This document shows, piece after piece, positions 27,153 through 38,131 of a stretch of DNA of 64,000 bases; within the stretch, counting starts at the first letter, position 1; the number at the start of each line of letters is the position of its first letter. Under the pieces are notes generated by a model that made no database searches, was not told where the DNA came from, and saw only the letters and a list, made by a program, of their open reading frames with translations. Origin of the DNA: Chitinivibrionales bacterium (GTDB lineage Bacteria; Fibrobacterota; Chitinivibrionia; Chitinivibrionales; JANQEN01); contig JANQEN010000251.1 in NCBI GenBank assembly GCA_028278335.1, positions 2,925 to 66,924 on the forward strand. Direction: 5' to 3'. Made by a program: the position numbers and the translations under genes.

Positions 27153-30100
27153 TTATAATTGGACACTTGCCAAATTGTACTTTTCTACTTGTTCCTTTTT
27201 GCCACCCTTTTTGAGATATTTTCGAATGAACTTTTTGGCTTCTTTCTCATTCTTTAACTCATATTGATAGATGTTTGCTATTTGTAAATAGGCATCAATA
27301 TGATTTTTTCCACCATTTTCCGCAGCCTTGGTATAAGCTGCAATTGCATTGTTAAATTGGCCAAGGATCTTAAACTCAAAGCCGAGAAGTGAGTGAAGAC
27401 TGGCATCATTAGGAACTGAAGCAAGCCCCTTCTGAATTATCACAACAGCTTTTTGATGTTTTTGTTGGCGACTCTTTATGTTGGCAATAAGCAAATAGGA
27501 GTCAGGGATGTGAGGGAATGTTTCCATAATGTTTAAATAGGTCTCAATAGCTGAGCTTTCTTGACCAATCCCCTCGTAGGCTTTACCCAAATCCAATTGC
27601 AAATAAGGGTTGTAGGGGTCTTTTGCTATGGATTTACTAAAATCAATAATGGCATCATTAAAATTGCCTTCTGCAAGATTCAAACGTCCTATGCCTGCAT
27701 AAGCTTCTGCTATTTGGTTGTCAAGTCGTAAAGAGACACTATAGGATATTCGTGCCGCTTCAAAGTTGCCCTTTGCCTCGTGCATTTCACCTTCAGCAAG
27801 GTGGTCCCAGACAGTTTTTTTGTCTCGATTCCGCTTTGCAGCGAGTTCTTCTACTTTGGCAAATTTTTCTTGAAGAATGTAACTATGAATCATCCGGTAG
27901 TATACTTCATTGTTATGAGGACTTTTTTTGTATACTTTTTCAAAAACCTCTCGAGCATCGTTGTATCGGTAGCTTAGCATGAGGGCACTGCCCAGTTTTA
28001 TCATAAGTTTTTCGTCAAAGCCAGCGATTGAGACAGCCCGTTGCAAAAAGCCTACGGCCTTTGCACATTGTAAATCTTCAAAATAGATGTCACCGAGTAA
28101 ACTGTAGCAATCTGAACAGGTTGTATCTAAGGCAATTGCCTTAAGAAGAATTTCCTTTGCCTCGTCAAGTCGATCAAACTTTTTATAGAGAAATCCCGCA
28201 CAGCTAAGTATTTCTACGTTCGTGGAATCCAAGACTAAAGCATCACCAACTGTTTCTAACGCTAAGTTGAATTTGTCTAAGGCGATGTTAACTTTAGCAT
28301 ATTGGGCAAGATAATGGGCGTTAAAGGCATTGTCTTTCATGGCTTTTTTTATAGCCAACAGAGCTTGTTCGGTGTTGCTGTTCGCTAATAAATAGACACT
28401 GTAAAAATAGAGAGCCTCCGTGTGATCGGGGTTTATTTTTAGTGCTTTTTCTATGTAGGGAAAGGCTGTTGGGTAGAGCCTTTGCTCCATGTAGAATTTC
28501 CCTAAAAGCATAAGTACATCAGCGTTATCAGGTGCATGGGTCAAAGCTTGTTTAAGGTGAGAAAACCTACCATTTTGGTTTCCTGTTTGCGCATAAACTT
28601 CAGAGAGCATCACATGTATTTCAAGATTGTTAGGTACAATTCTACAGACCTCTTCTAACCGGATGATAGCTTCAGTTGTTTTTCCTTGTGCATAAAGCAG
28701 CTTTCCTAATTCGAGCTGTGCATGGTGATTTTGTGGTTGAAGTGCAATTAATTGCTGTAAATATTTTGATAGTTCTCCTTTATTGTCCAATTTTCTATGT
28801 GCGGTAATGAGATGTTCTACAATTTCGCTATTTAAACTATCTATTCTTACAACCTTCTCAAGCAAGAGAACTGCATTGGGATAGTCCTTTGTTTGGTAAT
28901 ATGTTTTTGCGAGGCTAACAATGATCCTCAGTTCCTCGGGATTAATTCTATAGGCCTTTACATAGTGGGGAAGCGCCTTTGTGAAACTCCCTCTTTTATA
29001 GTATAGTTGGCCAATTTCGTAAAGTATAGTATCATTGCTAGGATAACTGGTTAAATACTTTTTATAATTTTTAATTGCTTCTACTCTATCATTTTGTTCC
29101 TTGCACACCTCTGCCAGAGCACGATAAAGACTGGCATCGGTTTTTATATTCCCAATTGCTTCTTCCAATGTAGAACGAGCTGCTCCCCAATTTTGAGACT
29201 TTCTATACAGTTTTACCAGGATTGAGTAATTGCGTGAATCTTTGGGGTGCTTGATAATATTCTCAGTGAACTGTTGTATTGCTAATTCATTCTTGTTCAA
29301 TTGTTCCAATAGGACAGCAACGTTATATAAGTAGTCTGATTGTTGTTTTCCCTTTGAAAAGGATGCACAATTCCTGTAAGTCTCAATTGCGCTTTCTATA
29401 TCGCCAATTTTCTCATGGGATCGCGCCAACTTTTCTAAAACAACAATATTTCTACCGTCTTTTTGCAAAGCCTTCTTAAACCAAGGAATTGCCTCGGAGA
29501 ATTTTTTACCTACATAGTAGGCTTTTGCAAAAAGGATACGATCAGTACCCTTTTTAATAGATGATTGGGGGATCTTTTTAAGAATACTTATAACCGATTC
29601 AAAGTTTTGTGCCTCTCCTTCCATTCTTGCCAAATGAATATAAACATCGGGGTTGTTGTAATCACGTTTGACAAAGTGACTAAATGCATGGCGTGCACGC
29701 TTGACTTCGTTACTTTTTTCAAATAAAAAACCAGCTTTGGCTAAATAGTCTGTATACTTATCATTGTTTAGTTCAAAGAGCTTTAATCCGATCTCAGCAC
29801 ATAAGACCCATTTTTTATTGTCATAATAGAGGGAATATAAAGTTAAAAGGCACTGTTCATGCTTTGGGTCTAATGTTTGACACTGGTTGAAATACTCCAT
29901 TGCCTTTGCTGTTTGGTTATTAATTAAAAATCCCACTCCAATATGGTAGAAGATGTCACTGTTCGGTTTTCCCAAGGAGTAGGCCTTTTCAAGATTCGCT
30001 TCAGCCAGTTGTACCCTTTTAAGATGTAATTGAGAAATCGCACAATAGTAATAAGCATTACTATTAGTATTATCCAAAGTGAGTAACTGTTGATACTCTC

Positions 30101-32000
30101 TTGTTGCAGCGTTATACTCCTTGGATTTAAAGTAAATTGTTGCAATCCGCCCTTGAATATAGGGATCTTTTCGCTTAAAATAGCGGGCTTTTTTATAATT
30201 TTTCATAGCGTTGGTGTAGCTCTCTTCTGCAAACCATGCGTCACCCAAATAGCGATACACCTCGGGATTTTCAGGATTTTGCTTGAGTACTGATTTAAAA
30301 TTGGTAATTGCAGCACCCACATCACCTTTTTTAAGATATAGAAGTCCTAAGGAAAGCTTTGTGTTGGTTGTGTCGCCGGAAATTGCCAAGGAGTGGTTTA
30401 GCATATAAAAAGCTTTGTTAAAAAGCCCCTTTGCATTGTACAAACTTCCCAGGGTAAAAAATACCTCGCTATCCTTTCCTCCCTTATTGATATAGTTTTC
30501 TAAGTGGAATAGAGCATTTGCTGTATCATTTAAAATTGCACTGGTTAGACCAAGTCGCTTTTGAATCTCCAGATTGTCGGGGAAGTGATTTTCCGCTTTG
30601 GAAAGTGATTGATAGGACTGCTGATATTCCTTTGATTTGTCCCACATGTCAACTGTCATCATAGTCAGTTTGAAGTCTTTTGGATCTTTTACCAAAGCTT
30701 TTTCATAGATTGAGGCTGCTTCCTTATATTCTCCACATAGACAATGAATATCACCAATCAATCGATACGGTTCAGATGATTGCGGCATTAGCTTGGCACT
30801 AACTTTTAAAGATTTTATTGCCTCAGCATATTTTTTTTGTAGGGAAAGAGCTTTGCCCTTTTCTAAATGAGCAGAAGCATTGTTTGGGTAAAGCATAAAG
30901 ATTTTATTACAATACTCAAGAGCTTTACTTGGTTGCTTTTGTTGATTCCAGTCTCGTGCAAAGAAGAGCAGTGCCGACAATTCATTTTTATTTTTTGCAA
31001 GAATTACACTGTAGGCTTTTCTTGCTTTAGACGATTTTCCCATGGCTTCTAAAGCAAGTGCACCTTCAAGCATCAGTGCGGAAGTGATGATTTTCTTATT
31101 TTCAGCGTTAGCTGCACAGGTCAGGGCAACTGAATGGTTGCCACTCAGTCTGCTGGTTTTCGCGTAGTGAAGGTATAATTTGGCATGATTAGGAAGTATC
31201 TCCAGGAGTACCCGAAACAGCTCTGCTGCTTCGACATTTTTTTGAAGTTCCTCTGAAAATTGAGCTGCCGTATACTGGGCTAAAAGATTGTGAGGATCTC
31301 TTTTGACAATTTGATGTAATGCTTTCTGAGAGGTTTGAAGATCCTTTCTTGTCGCAGAGTACCGTCGTTGGACAATTTTTCCAAGAGTTCCAATGTCGTA
31401 CAGGTCTTTAGAAACAATACGTACTTTAAAAAAGCGACCAAGATTTTCTTGATTAAATGTAATCCCAGCTTCTGTAAAACTCCATAAGATACAAGAATCT
31501 AGAGTGCTTGACAGATGATCAATGGTGAAATCTCGTTCAAAGGAATTATACTGTTTGCTTTTTTTTACGCTACTGATTTCAGCGTAGTAATGAACTCTTT
31601 TTCCATCCTTATTAAGCTCATAGTTTTGTTGGAGAATATGTGTAGCGCCTAATTCCTTTGCAATTTCAGAATAGGGGATTAGGTCAATTTGTGATGGATC
31701 ACTGACTTTACTCATGACTGATTGATATACTTTTTGTGGAGGAATAAGCTTGACGGTATGGTTGGCGCTAATCCGAAAGTGAAAATAGCTTTCCAATAAG
31801 CCCTTAAGCCAAGTATTACTTTCCGAAGGATTTTCTGAAGCGTTAATTGGTATGGCTAACAAAAGGTTGATTGAATTTTGAGTGGTTCCTACTGTTTTTT
31901 GCTTTGCTGGTATCAAAGAGACTGTGACAAAAAGTATTAAGGCTAAGCTAAAAAAATGCTTCATGTTAGAGATCCTGAAGGTTAAGCGCTTAAATAACAT
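27153..32000 (-). CDS. Giant TPR-repeat protein (secreted/periplasmic)
   Basis: 1615 aa, almost entirely TPR-type A-x-x-Y/F-x-K-A-L repeats. The signal-peptide-like MKHFFSLALILFVTVSLIPA begins at the second Met (31964), which may be the true start. Confidence 0.85.
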   Translation of the reverse strand: MLFKRLTFRISNMKHFFSLALILFVTVSLIPAKQKTVGTTQNSINLLLAIPINASENPSESNTWLKGLLESYFHFRISANHTVKLIPPQKVYQSVMSKVSDPSQIDLIPYSEIAKELGATHILQQNYELNKDGKRVHYYAEISSVKKSKQYNSFERDFTIDHLSSTLDSCILWSFTEAGITFNQENLGRFFKVRIVSKDLYDIGTLGKIVQRRYSATRKDLQTSQKALHQIVKRDPHNLLAQYTAAQFSEELQKNVEAAELFRVLLEILPNHAKLYLHYAKTSRLSGNHSVALTCAANAENKKIITSALMLEGALALEAMGKSSKARKAYSVILAKNKNELSALLFFARDWNQQKQPSKALEYCNKIFMLYPNNASAHLEKGKALSLQKKYAEAIKSLKVSAKLMPQSSEPYRLIGDIHCLCGEYKEAASIYEKALVKDPKDFKLTMMTVDMWDKSKEYQQSYQSLSKAENHFPDNLEIQKRLGLTSAILNDTANALFHLENYINKGGKDSEVFFTLGSLYNAKGLFNKAFYMLNHSLAISGDTTNTKLSLGLLYLKKGDVGAAITNFKSVLKQNPENPEVYRYLGDAWFAEESYTNAMKNYKKARYFKRKDPYIQGRIATIYFKSKEYNAATREYQQLLTLDNTNSNAYYYCAISQLHLKRVQLAEANLEKAYSLGKPNSDIFYHIGVGFLINNQTAKAMEYFNQCQTLDPKHEQCLLTLYSLYYDNKKWVLCAEIGLKLFELNNDKYTDYLAKAGFLFEKSNEVKRARHAFSHFVKRDYNNPDVYIHLARMEGEAQNFESVISILKKIPQSSIKKGTDRILFAKAYYVGKKFSEAIPWFKKALQKDGRNIVVLEKLARSHEKIGDIESAIETYRNCASFSKGKQQSDYLYNVAVLLEQLNKNELAIQQFTENIIKHPKDSRNYSILVKLYRKSQNWGAARSTLEEAIGNIKTDASLYRALAEVCKEQNDRVEAIKNYKKYLTSYPSNDTILYEIGQLYYKRGSFTKALPHYVKAYRINPEELRIIVSLAKTYYQTKDYPNAVLLLEKVVRIDSLNSEIVEHLITAHRKLDNKGELSKYLQQLIALQPQNHHAQLELGKLLYAQGKTTEAIIRLEEVCRIVPNNLEIHVMLSEVYAQTGNQNGRFSHLKQALTHAPDNADVLMLLGKFYMEQRLYPTAFPYIEKALKINPDHTEALYFYSVYLLANSNTEQALLAIKKAMKDNAFNAHYLAQYAKVNIALDKFNLALETVGDALVLDSTNVEILSCAGFLYKKFDRLDEAKEILLKAIALDTTCSDCYSLLGDIYFEDLQCAKAVGFLQRAVSIAGFDEKLMIKLGSALMLSYRYNDAREVFEKVYKKSPHNNEVYYRMIHSYILQEKFAKVEELAAKRNRDKKTVWDHLAEGEMHEAKGNFEAARISYSVSLRLDNQIAEAYAGIGRLNLAEGNFNDAIIDFSKSIAKDPYNPYLQLDLGKAYEGIGQESSAIETYLNIMETFPHIPDSYLLIANIKSRQQKHQKAVVIIQKGLASVPNDASLHSLLGFEFKILGQFNNAIAAYTKAAENGGKNHIDAYLQIANIYQYELKNEKEAKKFIRKYLKKGGKKEQVEKYNLASVQL

Positions 32001-32069
32001 TTCCTACCTATATTGTTTTATTGTTCTATAATAAAGTTTCCCATATTTTCATAGATTTATCAATAATAA

Positions 32070-32102
32070 AGAATAAAAGCGGAAAGAAATATTCCGCTTT
32101 TT
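32070..32102 (-). terminator. Intrinsic terminator (bidirectional-looking) after the REC-like gene
   Basis: The stem AAAGCGGAA / TTCCGCTTT (32076-32084 / 32092-32100) is flanked by A- and T-runs. Confidence 0.6.
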
Positions 32103-32154
32103 AATCCTTTTATTAACAGGGTGTTATACTGGTAACCGTTACAAGCTATCCCAA

Positions 32155-32931
32155 TTATTGTTCGGTTAAGTGAGCTGCAATGTCACCATATTGAATAAAA
32201 TCGGTTATTGAGCTTTTGTGCATGTGAAAAAACTCTTCAAGTCGTTTATAAGTGTTTGATTTTAGTAATACTTTTGTCTTAGGATGTGTACCATGAAGAA
32301 ATTTTTCATAGTAAGTAAAAGCATCATTAAACATATGAAATATTGAAAGAATAATTTTTGCATTGGCACCAAGATTATTTTTCCAAATGTATCGGAGGGA
32401 ACGATCGGTTATATTCATTAGTTTGGCCCATTTTGAAACTAAATCAGGATTCTTGAGAAAGAGAATTTCCGTTGAAAGAGATAGCGAATCACTGTTTGGC
32501 TTATACTTTGGATTGATTATATTCAACAGAGAGTGTTTGATTACCATTTTAATGAGACTAAACATTTTAAAATCATCACCCTTTTCAGCAATATCCTTGG
32601 CACCGTAAGCGTGGGCAAGAAAACCTTTTTTTGGTGATACAGAGCCAGTCGCCACAACAAAGGGTATCCGTGCGGCATACTTCTTAATAAGATAAAAATC
32701 CTCCTCCTCCTCGCTGTTCATGCCAAAATCACAGATACAAAGATGGATTCGGTCAGGAGAAGTTATAATAGTTTCTGCCTGTTGGGTTGATGAAGATTTT
32801 AATACATTAAAAACGTTTATTTTTTTAAAAATATTCTGATATTCACTGATATATTTAGGATCATTATCAATAATCAGAACATTTATAAGCCTATTGAGGT
32901 AGTAAAAGGGTATATGTTCACTAGTTGCCAT
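32155..32931 (-). CDS. Receiver(REC)-like domain protein with unassigned C-terminal domain
   Basis: 258 aa. VLIIDNDPKY ... HLCICDFGM ... PFVVATGS follows the CheY-like beta-alpha pattern. The C-terminal ~110 aa are helical and not recognised. Confidence 0.6.
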   Translation of the reverse strand: MATSEHIPFYYLNRLINVLIIDNDPKYISEYQNIFKKINVFNVLKSSSTQQAETIITSPDRIHLCICDFGMNSEEEEDFYLIKKYAARIPFVVATGSVSPKKGFLAHAYGAKDIAEKGDDFKMFSLIKMVIKHSLLNIINPKYKPNSDSLSLSTEILFLKNPDLVSKWAKLMNITDRSLRYIWKNNLGANAKIILSIFHMFNDAFTYYEKFLHGTHPKTKVLLKSNTYKRLEEFFHMHKSSITDFIQYGDIAAHLTEQ

Positions 32932-33021
32932 GGCGTTTCCCTTGGGTACCTGCTTAAGCCCCGATATTGGGTAAATAAACGTTTTTAACTTATGTATCTA
33001 TCATGAATTAGTAACAGAGTA

Positions 33022-34197
33022 CTAATGATGAAAAAGTCGAGTCTTTGTAAAGGCCATCACCATATCATACTGATTGCACGCTTCGATTACAACATCGTCA
33101 CGAACTGAGCCTCCAGGTTGCACTATATAGGAGACACCACTCTGCTTTGCGCGATCAATGTTATCACGAAAAGGAAAGAATGCATCTGATCCTAAGGAGA
33201 CTCCAGTAACAGAATTAAGATATTCCCGTTTTTCCTCTTTGGTAAGTTTTTGTGGGACCTCTTCAAAGTTCTCTTTCCAGCTTTGCTCTTCAGCTTCTGT
33301 AAGGGTATCTTCAAAATATTGGTCGATGGCATTATTTTGCTCAGCTCGCTTGACAGAGTCTTTAAATTTTAATGCCAATGTTGCAGGATGTTGTCGTAAA
33401 AACCAAAGATCTGCCTTTGCGCCAGCGAGGCGTGTGCAATGGACACGGGATTGCTGTCCTGCACCAACACCAATTATTTGGCCATCATAGGCATAGCAAA
33501 CAGAATTGGACTGAGTATATTTTAAACTAATCATGGCAATTATCAGATCTCGTTTTGCCTCTGAAGGAAGCTCTTTGTTTTGCGTAACAACATTTTCAAG
33601 TAATTCGAATCCTGGGATGAGGTCATTTCGCTTCTGTTCAAAGGTAACACCAAAGATTTCTCGCTGCTCTAACTCTGGTGCAACGTAATTTGGATCAATC
33701 TTAATAATATTATATTTACCATTCCTTTTCATCTTTAATATTTCTAATGCTTCATCTTCGTATCCAGGAGCTATGACTCCATCAGAGACTTCTCGCTTTA
33801 AAATTTTTGCTGTCGGAACATCAACAACATCACTGAGTGCTGCCCAATCACCAAAGGAGCTCATTCGATCTGCACCCCGTGCGCGGGCGTAAGCCGTTGC
33901 AAGTGGGCTAAGCTCTAAATCTTCAACAAAGGATGCTTTTTTTAAGGCATCGTTCATTGGAGTAGCAACTGCAGCTCCCGCAGGACTCACGTGTTTAAAA
34001 GAAGCCGCTGCAGGGAGATCTAAAACTTGTTTGAGCTCCTTTACAAGTTGCCAAGAATTGAGCGCATCACACAAATTAATATAGCCGGGACTCCCATTGA
34101 CAACCGTAAGAGGAAGGTTATTATCTTTAGTAAAAATACGTGCTGGGTTTTGGTGTGGATTACATCCATACCGTAATGTAATTTCATTGGTATTCAT
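33022..34197 (-). CDS. AICAR formyltransferase-domain protein (PurH C-terminal domain only)
   Basis: 391 aa. Motifs: [43 protein letters not shown]. There is no N-terminal MGS/IMP-cyclohydrolase domain. Confidence 0.8.
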   Translation of the reverse strand: MNTNEITLRYGCNPHQNPARIFTKDNNLPLTVVNGSPGYINLCDALNSWQLVKELKQVLDLPAAASFKHVSPAGAAVATPMNDALKKASFVEDLELSPLATAYARARGADRMSSFGDWAALSDVVDVPTAKILKREVSDGVIAPGYEDEALEILKMKRNGKYNIIKIDPNYVAPELEQREIFGVTFEQKRNDLIPGFELLENVVTQNKELPSEAKRDLIIAMISLKYTQSNSVCYAYDGQIIGVGAGQQSRVHCTRLAGAKADLWFLRQHPATLALKFKDSVKRAEQNNAIDQYFEDTLTEAEEQSWKENFEEVPQKLTKEEKREYLNSVTGVSLGSDAFFPFRDNIDRAKQSGVSYIVQPGGSVRDDVVIEACNQYDMVMAFTKTRLFHH

Positions 34198-34200
34198 TAA

Positions 34201-35544
34201 TTAGTCCTTTTGTAAATTATTGTTATTAATAAGTTCAATTCGATTTTCAATGATCCACTGCTTTGCTTCATCATATGATGATATTTTTTCTTCTAATTGT
34301 AAATCATACAGTTTCTGTAAAATAATTCCAAAAAGAGGCCCCGGAGTAAATCCAAGCTGGATTAGATCCTTCCCACTAAGGAGTGGTGGTGGTTGCATGG
34401 CCTCTTTTTTAATCGCCTTACGTTTATCCTTAAGGAAATCGTAATTATCGATCATTCCATGACTGGCAAGGCAATCAGCTCGATGGAGTTCTAGCTCATC
34501 GTTGATAGTTTCACGAGAAAGAAATTTTTTTAAGGTGGAGAGACGCATTTTTTGGACATTCATAAAGTTCATATGGTTGTCTACACAGGCATAGACCTCA
34601 TTGATCAACTGGTTTGAACATTTGAGACGTTGTAAAATACTCTTTGCTAAGGTTGCACTCACTCGATGATGGTTGTTAAATCGAATGCGGTCGCTTTTTG
34701 ATTGGGTCTGTGGCTTGCCTATGTCATGAAGTAGGGCACTCCACATAACGGTCTGGGTTGGCTTTTTAATATGAGCGATGGTCAACTGAGTATGAGTATA
34801 GACATCTCCCTCTGGATGAAATTCTTTTGGTTGCTCTATTCCTTTTAAAGCGTCAATCTCTGGAAGTACCTCTTTTAAGAGTCCAGATTCGTCAAGAAGG
34901 GTTAATGCCTTCTCAGGATTAGGACCGAGGAGCATCTTGTTAATCTCTTGAAAAATTCGTTCCTGAGAGATTGATTGTATATGGTGCGCATTATCCTTGA
35001 TAGCTTTCCATGTTGCCTGTTCAATGGAAAAGGAGAAGCGTGCTGCAAATCGTATGGCTCGTAAAAGTCGTAGGTAGTCCTCTTTAAATCGATCCTGTGG
35101 TTCTCCAATTGTCCTAATTATCTCTTTTTTTATATCTCTCTTACCATCTACGTAATCGATTATGGTATCTTTGATTGGGTCGAGAAAAATGCCATTTATT
35201 GTAAAATCTCTTCGTTTTGCATCGGTCTTAGGATCTGAAAAGGTGACCTGTTTTGGATGTCGGCCATCTAAAATGCCATGGTCACTTCTGAAAGTCGCAA
35301 CTTCAAATGATATCCCCTGTTCAACGACTAACATCACACCAAAATGTTCTCCAATACCAATAACTTTTTTAAACAGTTTTTGGATCACCTTTGGGATAGC
35401 ATTTGTAGCAATATCAATATCATCACTATCCTCTATTCCCATCAATTTATTTCGAACATACCCGCCAGCAAAAAAAGCATCATACCCATTCTTTTTCAGA
35501 TGGGCGGTAATATCTCGAGCAATTTTTTCTTTTGAAGGTTTCAT
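34201..35544 (-). CDS. cca: CCA-adding tRNA nucleotidyltransferase (with HD domain)
   Basis: 447 aa. It has the pol-beta NTase head (FFAGGYVRN...DIDIAT), RRDFTING and the HD motif LLHDIGKP. Confidence 0.82.
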   Translation of the reverse strand: MKPSKEKIARDITAHLKKNGYDAFFAGGYVRNKLMGIEDSDDIDIATNAIPKVIQKLFKKVIGIGEHFGVMLVVEQGISFEVATFRSDHGILDGRHPKQVTFSDPKTDAKRRDFTINGIFLDPIKDTIIDYVDGKRDIKKEIIRTIGEPQDRFKEDYLRLLRAIRFAARFSFSIEQATWKAIKDNAHHIQSISQERIFQEINKMLLGPNPEKALTLLDESGLLKEVLPEIDALKGIEQPKEFHPEGDVYTHTQLTIAHIKKPTQTVMWSALLHDIGKPQTQSKSDRIRFNNHHRVSATLAKSILQRLKCSNQLINEVYACVDNHMNFMNVQKMRLSTLKKFLSRETINDELELHRADCLASHGMIDNYDFLKDKRKAIKKEAMQPPPLLSGKDLIQLGFTPGPLFGIILQKLYDLQLEEKISSYDEAKQWIIENRIELINNNNLQKD

Positions 35545-35764
35545 AGTATTTATACAATAACCAAAATTTATTTGCAGTTAATAGGTCCTAAAAATATATC
35601 TTTTTATAGCTACATATTTATTGTATGGGCAAGATGTATTGGTTTATATTTAATGAACAGATATTTGATGCATTTATATATATGCTGGGTAAGTATATCA
35701 AATATCTCTTGATACGACATATTCTTTTACAAAATAACTAAAAGACTTTCTTCAAGGAGGGTTG

Positions 35765-36802
35765 ATGAGATACGCGGGTAAGGCTATAATTTGTTTGATA
35801 TTGTTATCTATGGTGATGTCCTGTACTACAACCTATGAAGCCAAAGGTAATAAGGCCTATAAAGCTTCACAAAAAGCTGTTGGTGATGAGCAACGAAAGC
35901 TGCAAAAAGAGGCCTATATTTTTTATCAAAATGCCATTAAAAAGCATCCTGACAAGATATCTAATAGACTTAGAAACCGTTATTTTGATATTACCCTCAT
36001 TCGAGCAAACATGATTCTTGCTGAAGGTACTGCTGATTTGGATGCACTTCCTCTTTTTATGAAAGATCTTGATGGTATGCTCACACCGGATGTTTCCAAT
36101 GAAAATAAGGAGAAGTATGCTGGATTTTTAGCAGCAATTGCCGATTCCAGTCTTTCAAAGAGAAAGCTTTATAAGGGACTTAATTTATTAGATAGAGCTA
36201 TTGAGATTGCGGTAAATAAAGCTAAATTTGAAGAGAAGAAGAAGAGCATCCTTGATAACTTTGCCAAAGAAAATTATGAAGCCGCTGAGATTGAGATGAT
36301 TAATGGTAAAACAAATGAAGAATCTGAATCACTGGTTCGCGCTGAATTTTTAGCTCAGGTTGCATTATTATACGATAAAAAGTATCCCGGTGCAGAGGAG
36401 CTTTTAAGCAATTTACGCAAAGAAAATAGAGGAACCTATTCTGCCTATGAGGCGGTTGTTATGGATAAGCCTGATACAACAATTTTTGATCAGGTAAATA
36501 AATATGATATTCTTCTTGCAATACCCGATGCAAAGATGACTGGCAGAGGCGCACTTTTGGCAGTAGAAATGTACAACTACTCCTGTAATCCGCAACGTCT
36601 TCGACCTCGAAATTACATCTTAGAGGATGTAAATGGAAAGCAATTTAGAGCGTTAAAAACTTCAAAGATCGATAAAGAGATTGTTGATCAAGAGCATGAA
36701 GTTAAAATGAAGCTTCGTTTCCGCACTGCTGGTGCAAAGATCAAAAAGCTTGTCTTTGAGAGTGATAATAAGGAGCATGTCTCAGAGAAGTATTTCTTTT
36801 AA
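35765..36802 (+). CDS. Hypothetical lipoprotein
   Basis: It has a signal peptide plus lipobox (LLSMVMSC) and an AAGGAGG Shine-Dalgarno site just upstream. The track start TTG 35762 is one codon upstream of the ATG. Confidence 0.7.
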   Translation: MRYAGKAIICLILLSMVMSCTTTYEAKGNKAYKASQKAVGDEQRKLQKEAYIFYQNAIKKHPDKISNRLRNRYFDITLIRANMILAEGTADLDALPLFMKDLDGMLTPDVSNENKEKYAGFLAAIADSSLSKRKLYKGLNLLDRAIEIAVNKAKFEEKKKSILDNFAKENYEAAEIEMINGKTNEESESLVRAEFLAQVALLYDKKYPGAEELLSNLRKENRGTYSAYEAVVMDKPDTTIFDQVNKYDILLAIPDAKMTGRGALLAVEMYNYSCNPQRLRPRNYILEDVNGKQFRALKTSKIDKEIVDQEHEVKMKLRFRTAGAKIKKLVFESDNKEHVSEKYFF

Positions 36803-36827
36803 TCTGAGTTTACATAAGTCATTGAAT

Positions 36828-36861
36828 AAACCCGCCCATTCTTGATCGGCGGGTTTTTTTT
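36828..36861 (+). terminator. Rho-independent terminator
   Basis: AAACCCGCC-N11-GGCGGGTTT followed by a T-run (TTTTTTTT). Confidence 0.85.
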
Positions 36862-36905
36862 GTTCTCCCATTAAGTTTTTGATGTAAATATTCGATAATT
36901 AGAAT

Positions 36906-37613
36906 ATGAGACTTCTGAGATTAATTCAGTTGATGATCTTCGTGATCTTCTTTGCCTGTTATGGAGCAAAGCCACCAGTGGGATTTCAAAATGCACTCTG
37001 GGGTATGTCACCACTACAAGTTAGAAGTGCTACTGGGGCATCATCCTGGAATACCATTCCTGTGGGAGAAATATTTCCTCCCGATTTAGGTATTCAAATA
37101 TTTGGTTCACCAGCTACTATTGCAGGATATCCAGCTTCCGTAAAATATTACTTTTTTAAGGAACGGTTTTTTCAGGCAACAGTAGCATTTAACTTTGATC
37201 ACCTTGCCTCTTTTGACTTTAACTACAACGTATTTATTAGTATAGATAAATATTATAGGGCAATTCATGATCAGACCTTAACCTTTGTTGATGATATCTA
37301 TCAATTGCTTCGGAAAAAATATGGCAAAAAGCTGCCAATCTTTAAGGGACTCGATCCTCGACATGTATTTAAACATACCGATAACTATATTAAGCAGGAG
37401 CTCTGGAACCTTCGCTATCATCCCTCTGAATATTACAAGCGAATAGTATCAGCAGCCTATGCACGGTGGGACTTTCCAAAAACACGGGTCCTCTTTTCAA
37501 TAAATATTTCTGCTAAGGATAAACGTTTTGATTACCAGTTGTCTCTGACCTCCTTGGATTTAGAACGGAAAATCAATGAATTGAAAGATGCTCTACGAAT
37601 GGAAGGGTTATAA
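36906..37613 (+). CDS. Hypothetical secreted protein
   Basis: 235 aa with an N-terminal signal-like helix. I recognise no family. Confidence 0.6.
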   Translation: MRLLRLIQLMIFVIFFACYGAKPPVGFQNALWGMSPLQVRSATGASSWNTIPVGEIFPPDLGIQIFGSPATIAGYPASVKYYFFKERFFQATVAFNFDHLASFDFNYNVFISIDKYYRAIHDQTLTFVDDIYQLLRKKYGKKLPIFKGLDPRHVFKHTDNYIKQELWNLRYHPSEYYKRIVSAAYARWDFPKTRVLFSINISAKDKRFDYQLSLTSLDLERKINELKDALRMEGL

Positions 37614-37807
37614 ACTGAGTGCCATTATACTATGGTGATTGTTTGTTGGAATTTCATATTCGTCCATCTTTATATAAATAATAATTAAAATCAAAGAAAA
37701 TTGAGATTTCTGGATTTCACTCTTGTTAAATTGGTTTATTCATTTTAACATATTATTTTGAAATATTTGCACCCTTATTTTAATCCAAATTTGTAGTAGA
37801 GGAATTA

Positions 37808-38074
37808 ATGATGGCAAGAATTGGAAAAAAGCAGCTTGAGAAATTACAGAAAAAGTATAAAACCGATGAAGCAGTTGCAAAGCTTTATGGTTTGACGCGT
37901 CAAGGTATCCACAGGTTACGAAAAAAATATGCCATTCCTTCAATTAGTGACAAGAATTCCGAAAGGAATCAAATAATAAAGAGACTGAAAACCCAAGGGC
38001 ACTCTGCTGTAGCATTGGCAAAAAAGTATAGTATTTCAACTACTCAAGTGTATCGCATACTCAATGATTCATAG
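37808..38074 (+). CDS. Small DNA-binding protein with two HTH-like segments
   Basis: 88 aa. EAVAKLYGLTRQGIHRLRKKY and SAVALAKKYSISTTQVYRILN both look like helix-turn-helix units. This is the first gene of the plus-strand block of the RiPP-like locus. Confidence 0.55.
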   Translation: MMARIGKKQLEKLQKKYKTDEAVAKLYGLTRQGIHRLRKKYAIPSISDKNSERNQIIKRLKTQGHSAVALAKKYSISTTQVYRILNDS

Positions 38075-38131
38075 AACATAATTTAAGTTCTACTTCTTAG
38101 ACCCTATTTTATAATAGGCCTTTAAATTCCT

